DNA of 64,000 bases, taken from positions 147-64,146 of the forward strand of contig URIT01000004.1 in assembly GCA_900547945.1 (NCBI GenBank). Direction: 5' to 3'. Positions 46,955-54,232 of the stretch are shown piece after piece; positions within the stretch are counted from its first letter, which is position 1, and every line of letters starts with the position of its first letter. The notes under the pieces are model-generated. The model was not told the origin of the DNA. It did no database searches and saw only the letters and a program-made list of their open reading frames with translations. A program made the position numbers and the translations under genes. The DNA is from an uncultured bacterium. GTDB lineage: Bacteria > Verrucomicrobiota > Kiritimatiellia > RFP12 > UBA1067.

Positions 46955-47970
46955 TGGCCTTCGCCGCACAGGACGTGATTGGGTCGTACCGCATTGTCCG
47001 TCCGCTCGGACAGGGCGGCATGGGGACCGTGTACGAGGCCGAGCACCGAACGCTCGGCACGCATTGTGCGCTGAAGGTCTTCGCGCTCGACCACGGGCGC
47101 GTCGAGCTCTTCCGGCAGCGCTTTCTTGCCGAGGGGAAGGCCCTTGCCCGCCTTCGCCATCCGAACCTCGCGCGCGTCTTCGACCTCGATCTCCTCGAAG
47201 ACGGGCGGCGCGCGTATTTCGTCATGGACCTCGTGCTGGACAAGGACGGGCGGGCGCGCACGCTGGCGGACCTCGAACCGGGGGAGGCGGACGAGAAGCG
47301 CCTGGCCTCCTGGTTCGCCCAGCTTGCGTCGGCGCTCGACTACGTCCACGACGTCGGCATCGTCCACCGTGACATCAAGCTCAACAACATCTTCCTCAAC
47401 GAAACGGGCGGCGTCACGCTGGGCGACTTCGGCATTGCGAAGTTCGAGGGCGAACGGATCCTGCGCGAGGTGGGGGCCGTCCGTACGCAGATCGTACGCG
47501 GCGACGCGGCGGGAACGTGCCGCGTCGTCATGGGGACTGGGGGCTACATGGCACCGGAGATGCTGCGGGGCGGTGCGGCGACCGTCGCCTCCGATACGTA
47601 TGCGCTTGGCGTGACGTTCTTCCGTCTGCTGACGGGCCTCTGGTATGAGCCCGGAACGGACGCATTCCGTCTGTTGGAACCGTTCGGCGCGGTTTGGATG
47701 GAGGCGCTCACGCGGATGCTGGCGGCGGATCCCGCCCGCCGTCCGGTGCGCCTGATGCCGCTTGCCGCACGGCTGAAGGCGGCGGAGGGCCTTGAGACGC
47801 CCGCATCCGGCCGGGCGAAGTTGTGTTCCCCTCGGTGGCTGCCCGTTGTCGTGGCGGGCCTCCTCCTGGTCGGCCTGTCCGCCTGGGGGGCGTTTCGGTG
47901 GCTGCGCGGCGCGTTGTCGGACGCCGCCCTCTACGACCATCTCTACGACATTCCCACGAGGCTTTCATGA
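46954..47970 (+). CDS. Ser/Thr protein kinase (Hanks type) with a C-terminal TM helix
   Basis: GQGGMGTVYEA P-loop, ALKV lysine, HRDIKLNNIF catalytic loop, DFGIA, GYMAPE. The start overlaps the upstream stop (TGATG). Confidence 0.85.
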   Translation: MAFAAQDVIGSYRIVRPLGQGGMGTVYEAEHRTLGTHCALKVFALDHGRVELFRQRFLAEGKALARLRHPNLARVFDLDLLEDGRRAYFVMDLVLDKDGRARTLADLEPGEADEKRLASWFAQLASALDYVHDVGIVHRDIKLNNIFLNETGGVTLGDFGIAKFEGERILREVGAVRTQIVRGDAAGTCRVVMGTGGYMAPEMLRGGAATVASDTYALGVTFFRLLTGLWYEPGTDAFRLLEPFGAVWMEALTRMLAADPARRPVRLMPLAARLKAAEGLETPASGRAKLCSPRWLPVVVAGLLLVGLSAWGAFRWLRGALSDAALYDHLYDIPTRLS

Positions 47971-48581
47971 ATGTGTTCCCCGAGACCCCTGCCACGCTTC
48001 TCGCCCGCCTCGCCGCGCATGTCACGGGGCAGGCAGACGAATCGTCCTGGATGCGGCTCTTCGAACTCTACGAACCGGCCATCCGCCTTTTCTCCGAGTC
48101 GCATGGCGCCGGGGCGGATGCCGAAGACGTTGCGCAGGAGATCTTCCTGAAGCTCGTCGGCGTCCTGCGCGGCGGCGACTTCAGGGTCGGGGACGGGGCC
48201 GGAAAGTTCCGCTCGTATCTGGCGACGCTCATCCGCCATGAACTCGTGAGCCGCTGGCGGCGGACGCGGGCGCGTGGCGGTGACGGACTCGTCTCGCTCG
48301 ACGGCCCGGGCGTCTGCCTTGACCTGCCGGTCGATTCCGAGACGGCGGCGGTCATCGATGCGAAGTGGCGCCTTGCCCGCCATGCCGCCGCCGTCGAACA
48401 TGCCCTCACGAAGACTGCGCTTTCGGCGCAGTCGAAGGCCGTCTACCGCGCGTATGTGCTGGAGGAACGCCCGATTGGCGACGTCGCGGCGGCGTTTGGG
48501 CTCTCCCGCAACGCCGTCTCGCAGATCAAGACGCGCGTCGAGCGGATGATCGCCGCCATCGAAGCCGAATACGGAGAATGA
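47967..48581 (+). CDS. ECF-type sigma-70 factor
   Basis: ATGA overlap with the kinase stop. Region 2 (EDVAQEIFLKL...FRSYLATLIRHE) and region 4 HTH (IGDVAAAFGLSRNAVSQIKTRVERMI). Confidence 0.8.
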   Translation: MNVFPETPATLLARLAAHVTGQADESSWMRLFELYEPAIRLFSESHGAGADAEDVAQEIFLKLVGVLRGGDFRVGDGAGKFRSYLATLIRHELVSRWRRTRARGGDGLVSLDGPGVCLDLPVDSETAAVIDAKWRLARHAAAVEHALTKTALSAQSKAVYRAYVLEERPIGDVAAAFGLSRNAVSQIKTRVERMIAAIEAEYGE

Positions 48582-49876
48582 GAACCGTGAAGAAAGGGGT
48601 GCTGGCCGTGAGCCTGATGGGCGCGGTTGCGGCGGTTGCGATGCCGACGCGGCAGGAGCTTGTCGCGGCGCAGAAGGCGGTTCTGGACGCAACGGCGGCG
48701 GATGTCCGCGCGCTCAAGGAAGGGAGGACGGGGCCCGCCGCCGTCGCCGCCGCGCACCGCCTGCGCGCCGCCGGGGCGACGGCGGAGGCCGAACGGTTCC
48801 TCCTCCTCCAGGGTGCATTCAAGCTTTTCGTGAAGGCGGGTGATGCGGACGCGGCGCGGGCGACGCTGGAGGCCCTTTCGGAGGCGTTCCCCGACCTCCC
48901 TGCCGACGTGGTCGACGAGATCTGCGCGACGGTCGGCTTCCGCCTCGGGCCGGGGACGCCGTCGGCGTGGAAGGGCGGGGAGTGGGTGCCCGTTGCCCTG
49001 AAGGGGGAGGCGGAGGCCACCTTCCACTTGTCCGCCTGTCCGCCCGGCACGTTCGTTCTGGTGAAGGACACGCCGCCGATGATGAAGGATCTCAAGCCCC
49101 GGGCGTGGTGGCACACGGCGCACACGGTCCGGCTGACCTATCCGTTCTTCATCATGCGGGGGCCGCTTCCGTATGCGTTGGCGCGGGCGCTTGATCCGGC
49201 TGTGGCGAAAAAAGGGCAGGCCCGGTTTACGCCGGGAACGGAACACATCATGCCCGATCTGCCCGTCATGGAGCTTTCATGGGACGACATCCAGACGCTG
49301 GCCGCGCGGCTGAACGAGAAGGCGCGGTTGCCGTTCAGGCTGCGGGGGTTCGACGACTACGAGTTTCGCCTGCCGACGGAAGCCGAATGGCGGTACGCGA
49401 TGCGCGGGGGCACGGACGAGAAGGACTGGGGCGCGTACACCGACTGGACGAAGGAATGGGGCGGGTACTGGTGGGGGAAGCTGCCGGACGGGGCCTACTG
49501 CCCGTTTGCGCCGCTTGCGGCGATGAAGGCGGTGCGCAATCCCTGGGGGCTCTACTACCTTGGCCCGAAGACGATCTACGCCGACACGTTCCCGGCGGAG
49601 GGACTTGACGGCAGAATGGATCTCTGTTTCGCGCGCGAGGACGTGTTCCGCCATGCGGAGACGGAGGTCAACCCCGTCCGCATTCACCGCGACAAGGCCT
49701 TTGCCTATCATGTGTTCTATGCGGGCGGCGCCCCCAAGCTTTCGTCTCGGGGCATGGCATCCCAACCCTGCCCGTTCCGTTTCGTCTTCGCGCCGAAACT
49801 CTCGTCCCTCAACGTCTACCCGCGCACGGAGGAGGACGGTCCGCTCAGGACGGTCGGTCGCGCGCCCGCACGGTGA
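48578..49876 (+). CDS. Exported protein with C-terminal FGE-sulfatase (SUMF1/C-type-lectin-fold) domain
   Basis: ATGA overlap with the sigma stop. Signal peptide. RLPTEAEWRYAMRGG...NPWGLYYL motifs of the formylglycine-generating-enzyme fold. Confidence 0.7.
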   Translation: MRTVKKGVLAVSLMGAVAAVAMPTRQELVAAQKAVLDATAADVRALKEGRTGPAAVAAAHRLRAAGATAEAERFLLLQGAFKLFVKAGDADAARATLEALSEAFPDLPADVVDEICATVGFRLGPGTPSAWKGGEWVPVALKGEAEATFHLSACPPGTFVLVKDTPPMMKDLKPRAWWHTAHTVRLTYPFFIMRGPLPYALARALDPAVAKKGQARFTPGTEHIMPDLPVMELSWDDIQTLAARLNEKARLPFRLRGFDDYEFRLPTEAEWRYAMRGGTDEKDWGAYTDWTKEWGGYWWGKLPDGAYCPFAPLAAMKAVRNPWGLYYLGPKTIYADTFPAEGLDGRMDLCFAREDVFRHAETEVNPVRIHRDKAFAYHVFYAGGAPKLSSRGMASQPCPFRFVFAPKLSSLNVYPRTEEDGPLRTVGRAPAR

Positions 49877-49916
49877 GAACGGACCCCGGACGCATATGCC
49901 GAGGGGTGTGCGAAAC

Positions 49917-49940
49917 GGAAGGGACGCGCGTGTCGCGTCC
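49917..49940. repeat. REP-like element GGAAGGG + hairpin ACGCGC GTGT CGCGTCC
   Basis: Lies 41 nt after stop 49876. It marks the transition from high-GC sequence to the lower-GC island. Confidence 0.6.
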
Positions 49941-49961
49941 GATGGCCGCTGATTCAATAGA

Positions 49962-50019
49962 ATGAATATTTCTGCGATGTTGAGTACTTCGTTCCGCAGA
50001 AAGATGGTATGATATTCAT
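49962..50019 (+). promoter_or_regulatory. hipB promoter/operator region: nested dyads ATGAATAT / ATATTCAT and TTCTGCG / CGCAGAA around two -10-like elements (TAGAAT 49958-49963; TGGTATGAT 50005-50013)
   Basis: Inverted repeats read directly. The second -10 lies 10 nt before ATG 50024. Confidence 0.5.
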
Positions 50020-50023
50020 CGCA

Positions 50024-50221
50024 ATGAACAAGAAGGAGATTGGTACGGCAATCGTCGAACGTCGCGATGAACTTCGCATTACGCAGGCGCGGTTGGCGCG
50101 TGTGAGCGGTGTTTCCGTGCATACGCTCTCAAATCTTGAGACAGGTGACGGTAATGTCACGCTTGATACCCTCATCAAGGTCGCGACGACGATTGGCTAC
50201 AAGATCAAGGTGGGCGTATGA
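50024..50221 (+). CDS. hipB: XRE-family HTH protein (HipB-like)
   Basis: RRDELRITQARLARVSGVSVHTLSNLETG is a Cro/C1-type HTH. 65 aa from ATG 50024 (the track ORF starts at 50009). Stop overlaps the next start (ATGA). Confidence 0.75.
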   Translation: MNKKEIGTAIVERRDELRITQARLARVSGVSVHTLSNLETGDGNVTLDTLIKVATTIGYKIKVGV

Positions 50222-50532
50222 AGCGTGGTATGGTCTACTATCGTGACATTCAGGCTGGAACGCTGGAGAAGGACGCATCGGGTTATGTGTTCCGCTATGA
50301 TGCCGCCTATTTACGCGATGCAACGCTCCCGGACATTTCGGCGACATTGCCGAAATCGGCTTGCGAGTATCGTTCAACGTACCTGTTCCCGTTCTTCGCA
50401 GGGCTTTTGGCGGAAGGTGCGCAGAAGGAGCGACAGTGTCGCGAGCTTCACATTGACGAGCGCGACCTCTTCACGCGCTTGCTGGAAACCAGTGCCTATG
50501 GGGCCATAGGAGCCGTCTATGTTACGCCTTGA
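50218..50532 (+). CDS. hipS: HipA N-terminal-subdomain protein (HipS-like)
   Basis: 104 aa. MVYYRDIQAGTLEKDASGYVFRYDAAYL...LPFFAGLLAEG matches the HipA 'couple_hipA' N-terminal domain, encoded here as a separate ORF. Confidence 0.7.
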   Translation: MKRGMVYYRDIQAGTLEKDASGYVFRYDAAYLRDATLPDISATLPKSACEYRSTYLFPFFAGLLAEGAQKERQCRELHIDERDLFTRLLETSAYGAIGAVYVTP

Positions 50533-51409
50533 CTTCACACTTGCGGATCTCAGCCTCCCGCAACAGCGGGAGACGACGCGCCGGGTCTCAATTTCCGGCG
50601 TCCAAGACAAGGTGCAACTGCATCGCCAGGGAATGCGATTTGTCCCCGTTGCGTCGGGTGGCGACTATATCCTCAAACCTGTCCCAAGTCACTCGTCCGC
50701 ACGATTCGTCTACGACATTCCCGCCAACGAGACGTTGACGATGGATATTGCCTCTGAAATCTTCGGCATTCACACGGCAGAACACGCGCTTGTCGAATTC
50801 AAGGACGGCATGCCCGCTTATTTGACGAAACGGTTCGACTTTCGCGACGGAATGAAGATTCGGCAGGAGGATTTCTGTCAGCTCTCGAACCGTAGCGAAG
50901 AGACACACGGGGACAATTACAAATACGATGCCAGCTATGAGGAGTTGGCGGGGTTGGTTCGCCGCTTCTGCCCGTCCCACGCAATTGAGAACCCGAAGGT
51001 TTTCTTTCAGATTCTCTTCAACTATGTTTTTGCAAATGGAGACGCGCACCTCAAGAACTTCTCCCTCTACGAATCGCGACAAGGCGATTACATCTTGACG
51101 CCCGCCTATGATCTTTTGAATACGTCGCTTCATTTCCCGAACGAGCCGACGGCGACAGGGCTTGATTTCTTCATGGATGGACATTATACGGCACGTTATG
51201 AGGTTTTGGGCTTCTATTCATCGGCCGATTTTCACGAACTTGCTGGTTTCTATGGCGTCTCGTCCTTGGAAGTAGACGAGATGCTGTCTGTCTTCGCACG
51301 GAAGCGTGTACAGGTCGAAGAGTCTGTGAAGACTTCGCGTCTTTCACTGGAAGCGAAAAGTCTCTACCTTGCCAAGTTCCATGACCGTCTTAAGGCCCTT
51401 GCGCAGTAA
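50519..51409 (+). CDS. hipT: HipA-family Ser/Thr kinase core lacking N-subdomain 1 (HipT-like toxin)
   Basis: 296 aa. Gly-rich loop VSISGVQDKVQL, catalytic loop NGDAHLKNFSL, followed by LTPAYDLLNT. Overlaps hipS by 14 nt. Confidence 0.8.
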   Translation: MLRLDFTLADLSLPQQRETTRRVSISGVQDKVQLHRQGMRFVPVASGGDYILKPVPSHSSARFVYDIPANETLTMDIASEIFGIHTAEHALVEFKDGMPAYLTKRFDFRDGMKIRQEDFCQLSNRSEETHGDNYKYDASYEELAGLVRRFCPSHAIENPKVFFQILFNYVFANGDAHLKNFSLYESRQGDYILTPAYDLLNTSLHFPNEPTATGLDFFMDGHYTARYEVLGFYSSADFHELAGFYGVSSLEVDEMLSVFARKRVQVEESVKTSRLSLEAKSLYLAKFHDRLKALAQ

Positions 51410-51462
51410 GGGTCGGCGATGCACGCCGCCGTTCCATTGTGTTGAACGAGGTTGATGCGGAA

Positions 51463-51473
51463 GGGGGGGGGGG
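51463..51473. repeat. G11 homopolymer
   Basis: Read directly, 54 nt downstream of the hipT stop. Confidence 0.85.
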
Positions 51474-51838
51474 CGTCCTCCGGCCGGTCAACACGGAGCG
51501 CGCGGAGTCGTGGAGATTGTCTTTCAAAGTTGGCGCGTGGCGTCCAAACGGGCCCGGTGCGCGGCGTCCGAGCTGGATTGGCGCGCGAAGTACCCGCGCC
51601 GCCCTCGGTGCGCGGCGTCGACGGCCCGGAAGAACGCCGCGCACGTGTTCCCGCACCCCGTCGCGAGGTGCCGTGCCGCCGCGAGATGAGATTCCATTGC
51701 GTAATAATCTTGAAAGGCGTCGCGGCGTATGGCGTGATGCGTTCGGCAATTGCGGCCCTCCCCGGATTCTCCTCAGGCCTATCTCGGCAACCTCAGGCAC
51801 GGCGATGAAGCAGAAGCGGACACATTCCCGGTTCTTGC

Positions 51839-51877
51839 CCATGACTTGCCTGTCAAACTCCATGACTTGCCCGTCAA
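51839..51877. repeat. Two 18-nt direct repeats CCATGACTTGCC(T/C)GTCAA with 21-bp periodicity
   Basis: Read directly (17/18 identical) in an apparently non-coding stretch. Confidence 0.7.
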
Positions 51878-52103
51878 GATCTGCATTCCCGTGCGAAGCG
51901 CGGGCGGCGGGCGATACGGCCCACGCACATTGAAAAGCATCGAGGCGTCCTTGTCCCGGTTTTGACGAGCCTTGATTCCCCTGAAGAAATCGGGACAGGG
52001 GTGAATAGAGGGGCAGGGGGCTGGGGTTCTGTGTCTTCTGTGTGTGTCCGGTTTCAGTGTGTTCAGTGGTAGAAACGGTGGAGGAGGGGCTTCCCCACGG
52101 ATA

Positions 52104-52139
52104 ACGCAGATCCGTGCTTCGCCCGACACGGATCTGCGT
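52104..52139. other. Perfect 13-bp-stem hairpin ACGCAGATCCGTG (10-nt loop) CACGGATCTGCGT
   Basis: Read directly. Confidence 0.75.
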
Positions 52140-52201
52140 GGATCCGCCTTGGTCTGCAACGGGATCAGAACAATTTTCAAAACGGACTGTCATTTGAGGG
52201 T

Positions 52202-52240
52202 GGCGCGTGCGTGTCTCTCTATGTGGCTGGTATCCCGAAG
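52202..52240 (+). repeat. Leader repeat copy A, 5' segment (82% identical to 54052-54090)
   Basis: GGCGCGTGCGTGTC.....ATGTG..TGG.ATCCCGAAG shared with copy B; separated from the rest of copy A by a 130-nt insert. Confidence 0.7.
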
Positions 52241-52370
52241 GGAGAAACGAAGGCGGATTGGAAGGTTGACCGGCGTGGGAGTTACCTCCCGGTCGATATT
52301 CTGATACACTTTCGCGCAGTTGAAAACGTTTGTCGCTGATCCGCCGGAAGACTGGTAATCATCTGATTGG

Positions 52371-52495
52371 AGTTGGCACAAGTCGTGGAGACGTGAGCCG
52401 GGGGCGCATTGTGCCCTCGTGTCCTTTCGTCCCCGCACTGTGTTCTCCCTTCGGGCATACCAGTCGCCTCGGCGGAAACGCGGTGCGGGGATGTT
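52371..52495 (+). repeat. Leader repeat copy A, 3' segment (125 nt; 3 substitutions and 1 indel versus 54091-54214)
   Basis: Base-by-base alignment by eye. Confidence 0.85.
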
Positions 52496-52582
52496 CAGAT
52501 GAAATATGCAGAATGCCATTCGGTGGCGGGACGAAGACGGGCCTCGTCTATCGGTTGAAGGAGTGCGAGACGCTGGAGGCGT

Positions 52583-52612
52583 TTGACGGGCAAGGATGAG
52601 TTCTGCTATAAT
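52583..52612 (+). promoter_or_regulatory. Sigma70-type promoter TTGACG-N18-(TGc)TATAAT for the DUF234 ATPase gene
   Basis: Consensus -35 and perfect extended -10, 45 nt upstream of GTG 52657 (GGAGG RBS). Confidence 0.7.
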
Positions 52613-52656
52613 ACCGCCATGAATTTAACGGACGTATAATTTATGGAGGTTTAGTT

Positions 52657-53976
52657 GTGAAGTTCTACAACCGGGAGAAAGAAGTCGCGTATTTGCGGGA
52701 TGTTCGTGAAAAATCGCACGTTCATGCGCGGTTTACGGTGATTACGGGACGTCGCCGTGTCGGCAAGACGCAATTGGTTCAGCAGGCCATGGGCGACGCC
52801 CCCTATCTCTATTTCTATGTCGGACGGAAGAGCGAGAAGGACTTGTGCGAGGGCTTTCAGTCTTTGATGAAGGCGGTTCTTGACGTTCCGATTGTGGGTG
52901 TCGCAACGCGATTCGAGGACTTGGCGGAGGTGATCTTTTCAGAAGCGGAGAAGCGGCCCATTACGCTGGTCATCGACGAGTTCCAGGATTTCTACCGCGT
53001 CAATCCATCCGTTTTCAGTGCGCTTGCCAATCTGTGGGATCGGCATGAAAAGACGGCCAAATTGAACTTGATCGTCTGCGGAAGCATCAACCGCCTGATG
53101 AACAGGATCTTCCGGGATGAACAGGAGCCGCTGTACGGGAGGAACACGGGCAGCCTCAGGGTCTTGCCGTTCAGGGCATCCGTTCTGAAGCGGATTCTGT
53201 CCGATCACGCACCCGGCGCTGTCAACGATGATCTTCTGGCGCTGTGGACGTTCACGGGCGGTGTTGCCCGCTATGTGCAACGGCTGATGGACGAGGGCGC
53301 GTTTACGCGGGAGGCGATGATTCGGACGATTTTCTCCGAAGGCTCTTCGTTTCTGGACGAGGGAATGTCGCTGCTGGTTCAGGAGTTCGGCCGCGACTAC
53401 GAGACGTATTTCTCGATCCTGTCGGCCGTCGCATCCGGGAATACGGAATACTCGCAAATCAAGAACATGGTCGGCACGGAGATCGGTGCGCATCTGAGCA
53501 AGCTGGAGAACGAGTATGCGCTTGTCCGGCGGAAGGTGCCGGCTTTTGCGAAGGTCAGCACCAAGAATTCGCATTATGAGATTGACGACTGCTTCTTCCG
53601 CTTCTGGTTTCGTTTCGTCTTCAAGCACCAGTACCTTGTTGAGCTGGGACGCTTTGAGCAGCTCCAGCAGCTGGTTGCACGGGATTTCGACGCCTTTTCC
53701 GGCTTCGCGCTTGAGCGGTACTTCTACTGGAAGTTCGTGGACGAATCGACGTACACGAAGATGGATTCGTGGTGGGATCGCAGGGGTGAGAACGAGATTG
53801 ACCTTGTCTGCGAAGACGAGCTCGAAAACCGTCTCGACTTCTGCGAAGTCAAGCGCGATGTACGGCGATTCGATGAAGCCGTCCTGCGTCGGAAAGCCGA
53901 GGTGTTTTTTGCGGCAAATCCCCAGAAGCGTACACGGCAGGTCGGCTATCGCGGCCTCTCGCTGCGAGACATGTAG
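52657..53976 (+). CDS. Stand-alone ATPase of the archaeal-ATPase/DUF234 family
   Basis: FYNREKEVAYL...FTVITGRRRVGKTQL (Walker A), LVIDEFQD (Walker B) and the C-terminal DUF234-like ...IDLVCEDE...CEVK nuclease-like motif. GTG start. Confidence 0.85.
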   Translation: MKFYNREKEVAYLRDVREKSHVHARFTVITGRRRVGKTQLVQQAMGDAPYLYFYVGRKSEKDLCEGFQSLMKAVLDVPIVGVATRFEDLAEVIFSEAEKRPITLVIDEFQDFYRVNPSVFSALANLWDRHEKTAKLNLIVCGSINRLMNRIFRDEQEPLYGRNTGSLRVLPFRASVLKRILSDHAPGAVNDDLLALWTFTGGVARYVQRLMDEGAFTREAMIRTIFSEGSSFLDEGMSLLVQEFGRDYETYFSILSAVASGNTEYSQIKNMVGTEIGAHLSKLENEYALVRRKVPAFAKVSTKNSHYEIDDCFFRFWFRFVFKHQYLVELGRFEQLQQLVARDFDAFSGFALERYFYWKFVDESTYTKMDSWWDRRGENEIDLVCEDELENRLDFCEVKRDVRRFDEAVLRRKAEVFFAANPQKRTRQVGYRGLSLRDM

Positions 53977-54051
53977 CATCGTGTGTGTACGGCAGCTGCC
54001 GTCGGAGGCGCGACTGAAAAAATAATCGAGATTCCGCTGTCATTCTGCGTC

Positions 54052-54214
54052 GGCGCGTGCGTGTCATGATATGTGATTGGCATCCCGAAGAGTCGGCGCA
54101 AGTCGTGGAGACGTGAGCCGGGGGCGCATGTGCCCTCGTGTCCTTTCGTCCCCGCACTGTGTTCTCCTTTCGGGCATACCAGTCGCCTCGGCGGAAACGC
54201 GGTGCGGGGATGTT
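54052..54214 (+). repeat. Leader repeat copy B (contiguous 163 nt), ending 3 nt before ATG 54218 and 18 nt before ATG 54233
   Basis: See copy A. Contains helix CCCCGCAC (54150-54157) / GTGCGGGG (54202-54209) enclosing smaller hairpins. Confidence 0.85.
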
Positions 54215-54232
54215 GTAATGAAAGGAAACAAG

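Noticed and set aside
48578-49876. FGE/C-type-lectin-fold protein as a diversity-generating-retroelement (DGR) target
   Set aside because: No reverse transcriptase is present. There is no template-repeat copy of the C-terminal coding region anywhere in the window. I found no adenine-specific mismatch pattern.
51390-52193. 267-aa minus-strand ORF and overlapping + strand ORFs (51439-51933 and others) between hipT and the ATPase
   Set aside because: They have no start-site signals and a low-complexity Arg/Pro/Gly composition. I recognise no family motifs. The ORFs cross homopolymer and hairpin elements. The region is treated as non-coding or a decayed remnant.
52190-52519. Minus-strand ORFs 52190-52519 and 53849-54241 sharing the peptide NIPAPRFRRGDWYAR(R/K)ENTVRGRKDTRA
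   Set aside because: The shared peptide is simply the antisense translation of the duplicated DNA leader. The sequences diverge completely outside the repeat and have no RBS or start context.
54077-54232. N-terminal extension of exported protein A (track ORF starts at 54077). Similar extensions occur in track ORFs 26917-27342, 13609-13935, 9449-10288, 21672-22091, 35569-36288, 43499-43612, 46813-46953, 48365-48577 and 57425-57535.
   Set aside because: The extensions run through repeats, promoters or the upstream gene and encode Arg/Pro-rich sequence. Internal starts with RBS or stop-start overlap give N-termini typical of each family (signal peptides, Walker A spacing).
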